Source: Bugula neritina (lineage: Eukaryota > Animalia > Bryozoa). Taken from it: a DNA stretch of 64,000 nucleotides. Every line of letters starts with the position of its first letter. Position 1 is the first letter of the stretch. Below are positions 50,069 to 64,000 of this stretch, piece by piece. The notes beneath the pieces were generated by a model that made no database searches, was not told where the DNA came from, and saw only the letters and a program-made list of their open reading frames with translations. The DNA lies in assembly GCA_964035545.1 (NCBI GenBank), contig OZ037767.1:24134628-24198627 (forward strand). Direction: 5' to 3'. Made by a program: the position numbers and the translations under genes.

Positions 50069-53000
50069 TTAGTACTCTACGGGAGTAGTGTATCGTCTCC
50101 ACATGTAACTCCAGACAGAGGCTGCATGCTCGACCTTTAATACTTCCGGCAAGGTAGGCAAGCTGTCTAACACACTGTCCCAGTATGCACTGTCATCTTC
50201 CACCATGTAGTACTGCCACTGGATGAAAGAGGTTAGTGCTGCCTGCAAACTGCAACAGAAATTTAAAATAAATAAAGTGAAACAAAACTTGAGCAATCAT
50301 AGTAATGTTCTAATTATATTTAACCATCTTTTCATACTTATGGAAAGCATTATTCTGAAAGGTGTAATATACATACTTCACGGCTTTTCTCATAATATTA
50401 ATTTTACTCTGGCATGTTAAAGTTGCACTAAATTAAAATGCGTAAGATTTTTAGTAGTGACCAACATGCATATTATACATAACAAAACAAACTCGTAAGC
50501 CTATACAGTATACTACAAGAAGCGAGCTAAAAAACATGTTAATTAACACCTTAAAGTTTAAACTGTTGAATCTAGAATAAAAAAGGGAGTTGTCTCACCT
50601 CTGGCCAGATTCATTGATTTGGTGACTAGCTGCCTCCCTGTTCAGCTGCAGTGTGATGTATTCAAAGAGTTGCTGCAGCAGCAGCAGAGTTCTAGGGCTA
50701 TTGTATGTACAGATAGCATTCACTTCCTCTTCTAATCCCTCTGACATGTCACTTACGTAGCTCACGCCCATGGCATCAAATGGTTTCTATGGCAACAGAG
50801 CATGCTCAACATTAGTTTGTGTAGACTGTAGAGTCATGCACCCATTCAATAGCTTCACAAGGCTTTATTCTTCAGTCTAGATTTACTAGTATTTAGAAAT
50901 GTATTGCCATTAGAAAGTGTGATGCTCATTAAAATAAGTTTCATTATCACACGTCTTTAACAATACAAAAAGTTATATATTTAGACTCAACTTTAAAGTA
51001 TGCAAAACCACAACTCCAATTGCTAACAACTACTTTGTCTACAATACCATACATGTAATAAATCTAATGAATAGTTTAATATCCCAGACTTTCAGCGTAC
51101 CTGGTGATTGGCCATAAGGCAGGAGGCCTGAGAAAACTTTATCAACACCCAAACGTGGAGCACATGCTTCAGTTTAACTTCATCCGACAGGTGCATTGAG
51201 GCCGAGCCAATAGTTTGCTTGAGGAAACCTTGTAGTCTTTCTTCAAGGTCATATTCAGGCATCACATATAGATAGTTCATCACTGTGTTCAGTTCTTTAA
51301 TGTTGGAGGTAAGAGTTTTGATAGATCTACTGCTATGAGCCGTGATGTAATTCTCTAAATCCCTACTTAGTCGTTCCTACAACACAGTTATTAGTCTCAT
51401 CACTGTATTATATACAGAAAGCCAACAGTTGCACTTTCTTCATGTGACTACAGTACCTACTCATCACCTCAAAGTGAATTTCACAAATCATTTTTATTAC
51501 TAGTAGATAACAGCTAGCTTACTACATTTTAAAAATACACCCACTTTTTAAATTCTTTTAGAAATAACAGCATATTAGCAACTTTATTACCTACTTTTAT
51601 CTATTGAAGTTATATGATTTATTTGTACAACTGATACTCCTTGCATGTTTAAATTTTGTATCTTAATTATTTCTATTTACAAATATAAATATCAAACTAT
51701 TTTTCAAATTTCAATGAGACCTGGTTAAAATTACCATTTAGTTTTAGCAACCATTTAATTAGGATTTGACATGAAATCAAAACATTGACTAGGCCAGAGA
51801 GAATAGTTTCATCTAGCCAGCGTAGTTACCCTCACTACTGTAACAGTCTTTTTAGTAAAGTTATGCTAACCTGTTTTGGTCGCAGTATATCAATTTGACT
51901 CCACATATTGAAATCCTCTTTAAAAACAAAAGAAAGTGCATTGAACTCTTCAGAGCCAGCTTTAATTTTAGCCTTAGCTCCGGCATATTTGAGTCGCATA
52001 TCGTGCTCTACATTGTGTAAGTTATAGTTGACATGAGTCTCAGTGTCAAGCTGATACTCGGTATGAGAGGTGATAAGGCTAATGACATCCTCCAAACTGC
52101 TGACACTTGCTAACAGGTACTTGGTGATGTCAGTGACAGGCACTGCAGGTCTACAAGCATAATAGATAAACACTTCAGTTAACTTAGAAAAGACTCTACG
52201 GTAATGAGAAGTTTTAAACAGTTCTAATATAATAGTGACATTTGACAATATATTTTATCCTTGCAGCTGCAAAATATTTCACAAACTAGCAGGACAATAA
52301 ATTAACAATGTTCATGCTCACACTTGTACAGGGTATATAGGGTACAAGCATCATTTCAAAAACTTGTTTCTAATAGTTGTTATAGTCTAACCCAAACTTT
52401 AAATAGATACAATGTACTGTGGAACAGTAAATAGTTTCTGAAAATTATTTTTCATTTCAACTTAAAAATATAAATGTGGAGAACCCATTCAATTCTTTTT
52501 CCTCTCGAGCCAAGAGAATAGAAAACATATTTAGTTTTCAGTAACGTTTATGTAAAAAATATTGTTAGTATTAATTGTTCAGTAAATTAATGACCAAAAA
52601 TGAGAAGAATTCATCTTTCAGGCCAACTGTTCTCCATCACTACTCATGGTGTTACACTTGTAAAAAATAAATGGAAGTTGTCTTACCTATGCTGATCAAA
52701 TTGAGAGATGACAGAGTTGTGGGCATCAGAAAGGTAAGATATTAGCTGCCGTACATGACAGTTGACCCCTCTATGCTTGTCTAGGAGCAGCTCTATCAGC
52801 AGAGGGTCTTCTGGTAGCTGATCCACATCAGCATATGCAACTAAAACAAAGTGTGACTGTTTACACTTTGTTGTCCCGTTTGATATACAAACACTAGCTT
52901 AAAATTATTTATTGTAAAAAATAATTCTTATATCGTTAGGAAAAACTTAAAAATATCAGCTATACAACATAAACATAACATTTCAAGTGTTACGGCTCTA

Positions 53001-56000
53001 CATTATAATCAAAGTTTTAAGATGTTTGAGATAATTTATTTTATAAAAATAGTTCAATATAATTTAACTGTTAAATGCAACAAATTCAAATAACATATAC
53101 CTACATAATGTAGGATTATAATATAGGCCTATGACATAAGCTTATATTACATACACATAACACAGTTCATCTATATTGCATCTTTATTGTATCTACACAC
53201 ACTTACAGTCAGAACACTTGAGGATTGAGTTCCAGGCCTTCACATAACTCTGAACCATGGAATAAAGGGTGCGCTCTGGAACTCCAAACTCTTCTGCATG
53301 ATGTCTAATGAACGCCTTCACACGAAGTTCCTTAGCCTCGGCTCTTGTGAACTGACCATGAAACTTTTCCCGTATCATCAACACCAAGGAAACAATGTCA
53401 GGGAGTTGCCCCAACGCTATTAGCTTCTCACAGTTTTTCACTACACACCGAAGAAATGGATACACCTACAATACACAACATGAATCTGCTTAAAGGATTT
53501 TCATACGAATTAATTGATTTAATTATAAAACAAATTTATTTTCACTCCTTTTATGATGAAAACATCTTTCCTGCAGTTTCTTAGTAACCTTTTGTATAAA
53601 ATAAAATATAAAACTGTTTACTTTTTATCTCATAACACACAGTTAATACAACTCTGCAGAAATATATGTTACCTCATTATCTTCAGTCTCCGACTTGTTG
53701 ATGAGATTCTCAACTGACAGCAAAGTCCAAGGTCTGACGAACTGCCAGAGACCTGGTGTTGCCAGCACGTTGTCTCCGTTGACATTCAGACTGTCAGTTG
53801 AGAGAATGCGCGTCAAGTCGTTTTGTTTCTCCAGGGAGAGTTTGGCTTTCAAAGATTTTAGATTGTCACTCTAAAACAATACAATTATATGGCGATAGCT
53901 ACATGGCATCAATTATACAATTCAAAAGTTTATCAAACATATATATTACTACAATATAACAATTTCTTTATTTTTATATAAGCCTGAGTTATTCAAGAAA
54001 GTACTTTAACCAAAATATTATGAATTTGATATATTGCTTAGCATTATATGATTAAACATGAGTGTATTTACATTATACTCAATAAGTTTGTACGCTTCCA
54101 AGAACAAATTATGGTAACTACTAACTTATGTCATTATTATATCAAATCTGCAATTTTACCTCACTGCCAAATGTTGGTGAAATATAACGATGAGAAAATT
54201 TGGTCTCCCAGACTTTTCTCTTGATTCGATCCGACAAGACCTGTTCCTCGGGATTTAATTGACAATCTAAACAAGAAAGGTCATCTGACACTAAAGCATG
54301 GTAAAGGTAAATACTGCAACATCCAGTTTTGATCATTTAATTTCCAATTCGTATGCAACTCGTTATGTTCATGAACTATAGCAGAATTAATAATCTTATT
54401 TCATTAATTATTAGAGCAAATAGGTGTTTGCTAATGACATGATAATCCGTCATGAATTTCAAAGCCACCTACTTGTGACACACCAACATCTTAGTGTAAA
54501 AAGGATGAAACATTTCGATTAGACGAGATACAACCAGATGCTAATTTCAGTAACCATATTGCAATACAAATAGCTAGCAATTCTGAAGTCCTTATGTTAC
54601 TAGTAAATATAACATTTATATAATGCGTTAAAGAAATTTTTGCTAGGATTTTTGTTGTTAACTACTTCAATAAATTTTTTAAAAAAACTTACAAATACAT
54701 GAGTATTTCAAAATATGATTTAGCAAATAAACATGATTCAGTTTGACTCATTGATAATGGGTCATTTTACTTAATTTAGTACACACTGGAAATCTCCAGT
54801 TTTTAGGTATTTTTCACAATTTAGCTGCTAAGGAACATGGGTTTTTGTCAAAAACTAGTAAAATATGAATGAATAAACCTAAATAGTCAAAGTTCATCTT
54901 AATTTTGCTTGATTTCCCATGTTTTTTCCTAATTGTTCAGCTACTTTTGATTGCAGAGTGTTGTGAAAAAACCATAACTCTCCGAAATCAAAAGTAGCTG
55001 AATAATTAAAAAAAACATGGGAACTCAAGCAAAATTAAGAAGAACCTTGATTATTTAGGTGTGTTTATTCATATTTTACAAGTTTTGGGCAAAACCCCAT
55101 GTTCATTAGCAGCTAAATTGTAAAAAATAGCTAAAAACTGGAGATTTCTATAGTGTGCAATAAATTAAGTTAAATGACCCTAATCCTATTTTACATGGAA
55201 TAATGGCTAAAAGCACTATGAATGTAGACTAGTTTTAAAGTTGCAAAATGATGAAGAATATCGGGGCAATTGAGTGCATAAGCTTATCAATGGCACTGAA
55301 TAATCTGAAACTTCTAAAACTATTTTGGAGTTACCCCCCTACCCTGCTTCATTCTGTGTATGACATTATGGAGCATCAGAATACAGTCGTCAGCACTAGC
55401 ACCACAGAGATTGGAGAGCTGCCTTAAGTCAACTTGAATATGAGCCTCCAGGAAGGAGGAAACTTCTTCAACAGAGTTCAGTCGTGGGTAGATCATCTTA
55501 TACGTCTAAAAATATGCATGAAAAAACTGGTGAGGTTTTATATATAATACAGTTTATTATACTGAGCAACTCACCCATATATAACAAACTAAGGTCTGTA
55601 AGCTGCATATCATTTTGTTGTTTTTTTTTTCAAACTACTTTCAATCTGATTATTAAACATTACATAAACTATTTAATACTGTAATGTTAGATGGGATTAA
55701 ATCATAGCAACGTTCTGTTATGCTGAAACACTGTAAACTATTTTTCTTTGTATAAAATCTCAAATAGTAAACTAAAAGGGAAAAGTTTCGAAGGCAGATA
55801 GAATCCATATACTTTGGATGGTATATAAATATATAGAATGGTTTAAATGAAAGAAGCCAAAGCTAGGAACAATACACAAAAAAATGAAACAATGTATCAG
55901 ACTGCAAGCCCACGCTTTATGTATCCTGAATAATGCATAGCATGAAAATTTGTCAACTACTGAGGAAAAAATTCAACATTAATTCGAAGGTTGTACATAT

Positions 56001-59000
56001 AGTAGGCTTGGTGTAAAACCACTGCTGCATTTATGAGCTTTCAGCTTACAATGAAGCAAAACTGGGAGATCAAACAGAGAACAGTTCAAACAGACTAACC
56101 TCTGTTTTATTAAACAGTGTGGCGGTGTACATAGACAGATGGACCAGGCATCTGAGTACAGCACAATGTAATGGACTCAAATCTCTTTCTTGGTCCACTT
56201 GTGAACCTCTTTTTACTGCATGTCCAATGATGTGCCCAGGTTTGCACTTCCTACAATTCACAAACACATCTAGTGTGTGGTATTACAGTGGTTTATAGCA
56301 TGTTTTAGCAATACTCCATAATCACTTAACAGTGTTATATAGTGTATAGTGTGGTGTAGTATAGTATAGTAGAGCACATTGCAGTGTGGTATAGTATAGT
56401 ATATTAACATAGTGTAATGCCTGTTACAAGTTGGTCATAGATTAAGGTTTCAATTATCATGCCCCATGCAATATTAACACTAGTAATAGATATACTAGTA
56501 ATATATATACTAGTAATATATACACTAGCAATAAATATACTAGTGATATATACACTAGTAATATATACACTAGCAATAGATATACTAGCAATATATACAT
56601 TAGTAATAGATATACAAGCAATACATACACTAGTAATAGATATACTAGTAATATATACACTAGCAATAAATATACCAGTAATATATACACTAGTAATATA
56701 TACACTAGCAATAGATATACTAGTAATATCTACAATAGTAATATATACACTGGCAATAAATATACTAGTAACAGATACACTAGGTATATATATATCTATA
56801 TACATATATATCTATATACATGCATATATACATGCATATATACATGCTACAATGGATACACTGCCCACAAGTAGACATTTTCTTTAAACCTTACGTTTCT
56901 TCATTAGTTAGCAGACGATTTCCGCTAGCAGCTTCATGACTCTTACCACCAATGGTTTCACCACAGACACATTTTCCTAGATAGTATGGTTTTGAACACT
57001 ACAACAATACACCACATGCATTAGACTAAATTCTAGCTTGCCTTTATGTACACGCATTAACACTCGGCTTCATTATATATTTCTACACTTGTAAACATAC
57101 AAGTGAATATTAAAATAATATTAAGCAATTTACACCAAATAACGTTTTAAATTGTGACATGCAAAGTGAGCTATAATCTCTAATTATTTAATTAACCACC
57201 AGGTTTAAATAGAATATTGATGTAAGGAATATCTTTATACAGCAAACATTGCTTACAGAATGTTTACATGCCTAGCCATAAACAAGCATCAGTGTTGCCA
57301 AATTAACTTTACCAGGTAAATTCAACAACACATCTCTGGGATATGCTTGGTTAATTTATACCAAATGCTCACAAGTTAACTAGTTACCAGCAGTCAGCAG
57401 GCTCACGAGAAAAGATACTTACATCTCGAATTAAATAAGCATGACCATTGGGGCAACCTGAAAAACAATAACACAATTCAATACTTTTTATCATTAGCCA
57501 ATTTTGCACCAAAATAGCATTATTTAAAATTATAAAACTTAAAATTCAAATCAATTTTGCTGACTAAGCACAGGGTTTACCAATGCATGAAAGCGGATAA
57601 TTTAATTCATAAATTTTAATAAAAATTCATACACAATACTTTTATATCGAATTAAAATATAACGCTGCTCCAAGCATCATCTACTCCAGATTACTTCCAT
57701 TTCAATGCTAACCATTACTACTTCCATACATGCTAGTGTGTACTGTGTAGCATAAACTGTTAGTCTATTACCATGAGGTAGAGAGTAAATTCCCACCACT
57801 ATAACAGATCTCATAAAACCAAAAAAACCTACAGTATACGGCCTGCGTTTCATGAAATCCCACAGTTTTTTCCTGTTTAAATTCAGCTTGAATGATTTCA
57901 AGTTCATTGTCTTTCATTGTAGGGAACAGATGATTCTAAAATATTAAGGAGTTAATTCATTCCGACAGTTACTTTAAATACCTACAAGCCATAACAAGCT
58001 TACATGTACAAAATATGTAATTCTATTCTTAATCAATAAATAAAAAATTATGTAGTCAAATTATATTTTAATTTTAAAAATTGATGTCTTGCTCATAGTA
58101 CATAGCTTTTGTTCTTAGCGACTCTTATCACTGTCTACAAACAACTACATCAAAGTGTAAAAATAATAAAAAATATTAGAAATTATCGATTGCTAAGGAA
58201 TAACTTACTGTCACCTATCGAACTAAATAAATAAAAAAATGTAACATACTGATGATTCTGTTGGGTGAAATAGAATCTCTGAGAGAGGAAACAGGTCATC
58301 TCGAACATCTTTACCGTAGAGGCTAGTGAACAGATGTAGAACAAGCATAGATAAGTTCATTCCTTTAGAATAGCTGACTTTCATACTCTCTGGTAAACTT
58401 TCCTCATCCAGCAAGATCTGTAGCATTGCCTGTCAGAAACACAATTTGAAATTGAAAAGAGTATACAACTCAGACATACTACGTTTCCGTTGTTTGAATA
58501 AATTGCACCAGGAGCACTGAAAACTTGACGGTGTAAACATGTTATACTGTGTTCTGCATTAATTTACCTGTATCATTGTGTCACCACTATAGCCCTCCAG
58601 CAATGCTATAGACACAACTTCAGGTACAGAGACTGCATCTGCAAACGTTCTGGTCACCCGGGTAAACAGGGTGTGCAGCATCAAAGCTGCATCATCTTGG
58701 GTAACCTGAAACAAAGCTTATAGTGAGAATAGCCAAACATACAGTGGATTTTTATGACCGAACACGGAAAAATAATTATTCTATGTGAAAGATTAATAAA
58801 TGATACTTGATAAAAACTCACAATAAATGTGTCTGAAAAACATAAATATTCAATAGCATTATGGAATAATGTTTCAAAAGAATCAAATGTAATTGAAGAA
58901 AAGTTAATAAATGCCTCGTAGAACTTGGCAACAGATGCTTCCAGTTTTTCTGGGTTGCTGGAATTTTCAACTATTTTGTCAATCAGTTGTTTGGCCTCGG

Positions 59001-62000
59001 CATATAATGTCTGCTGAGAGAATGCTTCCAAAATGTCAGGCACTGCATAGTTGGATAAGGCTTTCTTTACATCCAAAGGAAGGAGGAAGTTCATAGGAGT
59101 GTTGATCAAATCTTTCACAAAACTTTGTCCTCTTGTATCAATTAGTTGACGGACAATGTAGTAGCTGTGAAAGAGAATTGTGTTAGCATATGAGTGCTAC
59201 TTAACTAGATCCTGGTAGAAAGTTTAGCTTATAGCAATGTTGTTCTCAGTGTATAACACCATGTTTGAGTGATCAACTGCATATCGTGTACTGTAATACT
59301 GTAATACATGTTATTGTAATGTAATTCAACAGATAAAACTGGGCATACTAAAGAAATAAACTCTCTAAGAATAATTTTTTACTAAAACTTATTTATATAA
59401 AGCTAAAACATTACTACTTATGCAAAAGTATTTGTCACAGTTATGAAGTACAACAATGGGCAGAATTGATTATCTGTACAGCTAGCGTTACAGGAACCCC
59501 TAAAAGGCTTTGTACTTGATAACTCAAAAAATACCAAACTATATTTATGTAATATATATGAAATATATATGCACATAACGCTACTTAAAATTTTCATATA
59601 AATTATTGCAATAAAACTGTTCAGGTTTCCTTAGAAGCTGTTGGTACAAAGTATTGTTCATCTAGACAACCAAACACAATAGAGTGCTAAACAGAGTGCT
59701 GTGGGTGTGTCAAGAGACCTCACCAGTAATTGGTTAATTTTGTCTTTCTTAGTGTGATTGTGTATCTCATACTAGGCCATGCAGTGTACAAAGAACTAGC
59801 TTTTTCAACAGTTTTAAATTTTCTTTAATGATTTTTCTAATAGCCAAGCAGAAGTAATTTGAAGAAGATAATACTCATAAAACATTATTTAATTATTTAT
59901 GACCAATTAATTAATTATTAGCAATTAAATTAAGGTTAACTTTGGCAAAAAGATATTTTGCACAAACTCAATCATAAAAGAAGATTTTTATAATTACCTA
60001 GGTTGCAGTAGGTTCCCGTGTTGCTGAAACATTTCCAATAGCTCTTTCAAAAGATCTTGAAAGTCAGTGTTACCCATAATGACTTCATCAGAGGCCTGTA
60101 CCAGAATGCAGTGTAGCTCAGCAACAAAGGCCAACATATCCAGTGACAAGGAAGATGGTTCTTCTATCAGAGACTTGAATGTTTCTATCAAAACTTCCAA
60201 ATTTCTGCGGAGATTTGCAGAGGAGCGTTGCTGAATCAGCTGTGAGCCCATGTCCTACACAGCAACAGAAATTCACATGAATTACTCAAACATATAAAAT
60301 ATGGATACTTGTATTTTATTCTTTTTTAGAAAAGTAAAACATAACTAGTTTTCATATTATCAATCTGAAATTTATTGTGAGAGAGGCATAAACTTAGACA
60401 TTGACTAATCACCATCCGCATATTACAAAGCAACCAATGAAATACCTTGTAACAATTGACTATCATACAAAGAGTTGGTAGGTAATGATTCCCTCCAGCC
60501 CATTGACTCATAATAGAATTCAAGTATTGCTGAACATAATCTTCACTGGGACAGGCCATGAGCAGCTTTATGAGAAACGATCTCAGGACAGGCGTAGCGT
60601 CTATTACATCATTGGAGTTGAATATACTGAGGGTTTTCGTCGTGTCCTTGAAGGTCACTTGCAAGGTCAACCACTCAATGACTTCAAGTTCAGGGACAAC
60701 TCCAGGTAGAAAAACTAATTCAGCCACAAAGCTTTTGAAAAAGCTGTTGAGATGTTTTCTAAATCGAATCAACTGCTGCAGTTTTGAGGGACTGAAATAA
60801 AACCATGGCTGAAGTTAAGAAATGAATCAGGCGATAAGTCATTACCAAAGAAGCATAGGATGTTGTGCTACATTACAGAGTAGGTATTATAAGCTAAGCT
60901 TTATCTATTGAGTCATAGATCAGTTATTTATACATATAATTAAGACATGGAGTGAGTATAAAATTGATATATGAGGTAACTACGTAATTATTTCATGGAG
61001 TAAATATAAAATTGATATATGGGATAAGTATGTAATTAATACATGAGGTCAGTATGTTTTTACTCTAAATTATATGCAAAATTGTAAAATCACACTTACT
61101 CTATATTGTCACTTTCAGGGTCATACACGTATCTGTCAGGTACAACTCTGGTACACTGGGGGCAGCTATGTATCTCTTTCACACAGATATCACAAATAAT
61201 GTGTCCACACGGTAGCTTAGCAGGAGTATCCAAAGAGCTTGCACACACAGGGCAATTGGAAGGGCAGTTTCTACAACATATAATATAAATTACAAGTAAA
61301 TGTTTAAATAACAAAACAGAGATGCTAAAAGAGGAAATATTTGGTTTGCCAGATTTAGAAAACAATGAGCAAAACTATTTTGCTTACACATCTTTCTATA
61401 TGTAATATTTTTGACTGTGACTTGTAGCAAAATAATATACAACTATACATAATCTCCTTGCAAACTATAACATATTTACTACAGAAAGAAGCGTATTTCT
61501 AGTATGTTCTTACTCATAGAGATCACACAGCTCTTTCCTAAACACTGCTGAGATAGAAGATAATACTTCATCAAAAGATTGCTTTTGGTAAAACTGTCTC
61601 TTGGTCACTGCCTGTAATTGAACACCAAAATTATATTATACACCCTAAAAGTATATGACGAAGATATCATTATATAATAATATATTATATAGACCAACAC
61701 TGTTTGTAGGAAAAGATTTTACATTCTCACCTATTCTCACCTATCTCCGCTTTGTCGTGTTCGGGTAGCGGGAAGAAAACGATTTTATATGATATACTTA
61801 TTTAAAATAAAGAAGAAACAGTAGCTTTAAGATTGCAACTGAAGTCAAACAATTTCACTAGTAATTCTGGAAGGAAAATGTACCACTGCTAGCTTTAAAA
61901 GTAATTGGAAATTTTCAGTCTGTTGGTTAAATTTGAAATGACTTGACTATCCAGAACTGGCAACCAATAGTACAAGGTCTTATAGAGGAAAGTGAAAAGC

Positions 62001-63480
62001 TGCATAATTCTACTCTAATAAGGCAAACATACCTTCATAAAAGTCTTAATTTTCTGAGGTTTTCTGTTCCCAGTGACAGCATTAACCTCTCCAGGCATAA
62101 TCACATGTTCAACATAGAGCTTTTTAAGTTCAAGGCCAAACCACTCCAATCTACAAACATCACACCCTCATTTCTGTTAGAGAAAACGTCATAAGCCTGC
62201 TCCAATTAACTTTTGTAAGTTGCGAAGTAAGTTTGTCAATTTTTCTGTTTGCTTAAGGCAAACAATTGCAGCATGTGAAGTTGTCTACTTTTCAATAAAA
62301 CTAGCACGTAACTAAACTGAATATTTTTAAGCATAAACTTTTTTCCAATAAAGAGCCACTTTGATCAAATGTGGGCTAAACCCTAGTGTATCAATACTGT
62401 ATAGACTTTTGAGCTAATATTTAAAAAGCAAAACAACACTTGTAACAGCTATAGTGCAGCTATATAAACAATAAATAATATCTGAACAGCTCTAAATTGT
62501 GGAGCAAAAATTACTAAAAATGGCACTTGCTGCTAAAATAGATGTAACTACTGTTGCTAACTCTAACTTACCCGACACTAGTTAAACAGTTAACTCACCT
62601 GCATTGATGGATGACAGTGTCATTTTCTGGATGGGATGTGATTAGCACTTTTTCAAGCACCTGCTTGCACTGGTCAACCTGGTAAATCCAGTTCTGTGTG
62701 TCTTTCAGCAGGACAACAAGAGGCACAGAAAACAGCATATTGATTACAACTTCTGCAGCCACAACATCAAACCTCTAAAACATCCACGCTGCCATTTTAA
62801 TCATAATGCATAATGTGAAATAAAAGAGACAGTCAAACATTGAGATTTGGTTAAACATTTAAACGTATTTTAAAGTATATAGTTATTTTGGTTATATAAC
62901 TATTTTGACCAAACAGGGCACAACAGTTTACGCAACAACACAATTAGCTCTAAACATCAAATATACATAAATATTTTAAATAATAATTTGGGTAACACTT
63001 TGGGGAATAACTCAAAGTTTCTTGCATTATAAAAAAGCTGGTGCATTACTCATTGTTAAAATAGTTATACAGATAAACAACATGAAATTTAACACAAGAT
63101 ATATGTTTCTTTATTTTATCACTGCATGAGTAAGTAGAAACTGCTTGAAAACTCACAGGCATTTGTTTCTTGAGCTGTGAAAAAGTAGACTCTACATTCC
63201 TGACCAAGGATAACATTTTGCCAGTACTGTGTACACCAACATCACTGACGGCTGCTTCATTTTCTTCAGAAGATGTCTTGCCATCTCGCTCCAATGTACA
63301 GATCCTGTCTTTGACTGCTTGAGATACGGAGTCTTTTGTGGTGCACGGTTCAACCCTGAAGACTGCCAGCAAATTAGATATCTGCTCCTTTAACTCATCG
63401 GCTATGAGATGAATGTGTGCAATGGTCAAATCTTCGTCATGCTTCAACTCAATATACTTGCTAAATGCTTTCTGTATAAT
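50069..63480 (-). CDS. RNF213: RNF213/mysterin-like E3 ubiquitin ligase, 3' portion (E3 module with RING and RZ finger, C-terminal domain); 5' part lies beyond the window
   Basis: More than 20 GT-AG exons. RING exon 61270-61100: CPVC...PCGHIICDIC...CPQC (C3HC4). It is followed by VIDATPVLRSFLIKLL, LFPTMKD, the RZ finger CPNGHAYLIRDCSKP...CVCGETIGGKSH (57457-57423 + 56998-56895) and PGHIIG...RDLSPLHCAVLRCLVH. Last exon 50242-50069 ends LKVEHAASVWSYMWRRYTTPVEY*. Motif order matches RNF213 as I recall it; not every exon boundary was verified. Confidence 0.88.
54759..55180. mobile_element. Fold-back MITE (422 bp, almost entirely inverted repeat) in an RNF213 intron
   Basis: ~200-bp imperfect arms from GGGTCATTT to AAATGACCC around a short spacer near 54960-54975. 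4-bp TSD TAAT on both sides. Confidence 0.85.
56470..56845. repeat. ~15-bp minisatellite (ATATACACTAGTAAT) in an RNF213 intron
   Basis: Tandem degenerate copies; the source of spurious repetitive ORFs on both strands. Confidence 0.9.
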
Positions 63481-64000
63481 CTAAAATATGACAATATCTT
63501 TAATACAAGATATCCTATCCAAGGTATACCATCAACTGGTTACGGCATCAGCACTTGAAATCTCCTAAAATGCTATTAAATAGATATTATTTTGAGATTC
63601 TATTCATTATAATTTATACCAGAACACTGTTTGGAGTACAAATATCGTTTACCAATTTGAAAGTAAAAACTACTTGCTATTTCAAAAATGTGTCATTTAG
63701 CTTACGTGTAATTTCTCCAGCTCTAGTAAGTGTATTATTTTTTAAACATGTTTTTGTTTTAAAATTAGCGTGGTTCATGCACATGTCAAACTGGCAGACA
63801 TAATCTCAATTTATGAACAATTAAGCACCATCAAAACTTTATTACAGATTTATCCTTAGAAAATAGTTTTTTTTACATTTTTAAAAACAGGTTTGTTATC
63901 TAGCAAAAACAATAAACAGAACTTCGTTTTCAAAAGCATTAGACGTACAGGATAGAGGTGAATTTATCAGATTAGCCTGAATATTAGCAACTTAATCAAA

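Noticed and set aside
56404-56887. Three overlapping hydrophobic ORFs of 84-142 aa
   Set aside because: Translations of an intronic 15-bp minisatellite; open on both strands only because of the repeat.

Overview
AT-rich, intron-rich genomic DNA from an invertebrate animal (probably lophotrochozoan; this is inference). Splicing GT-AG exons by hand gives six protein-coding genes. (1, 2) A convergent pair of AQP4-like aquaporin paralogues (5609-9806 +; 11904-15346 -). (3) A secreted PAN/apple + C-type-lectin-domain protein (31965-34377 -). (4) An RFamide neuropeptide precursor releasing one GIFRFamide (37467-40265 +). (5) A 14-exon micro-exon gene the ORF track does not resolve (48033 to 42658 or 40970, -). 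It encodes a 207-aa N-anchored coiled-coil protein, and its last exon is tandemly duplicated into two intact, in-frame alternative C-termini. (6) The 3' part of an RNF213/mysterin-like E3 ligase with RING and RZ fingers (50069 to beyond 63480, -). Intergenic and intronic DNA holds at least six non-autonomous DNA transposons with recognisable TIRs and TSDs (hAT, Harbinger, two CACTA-like, Tc1/mariner-like, one fold-back), a ~380-bp triplication, and mini/microsatellites. The micro-exon gene is the best candidate for an undescribed system. All gene models are manual and lack transcript support.
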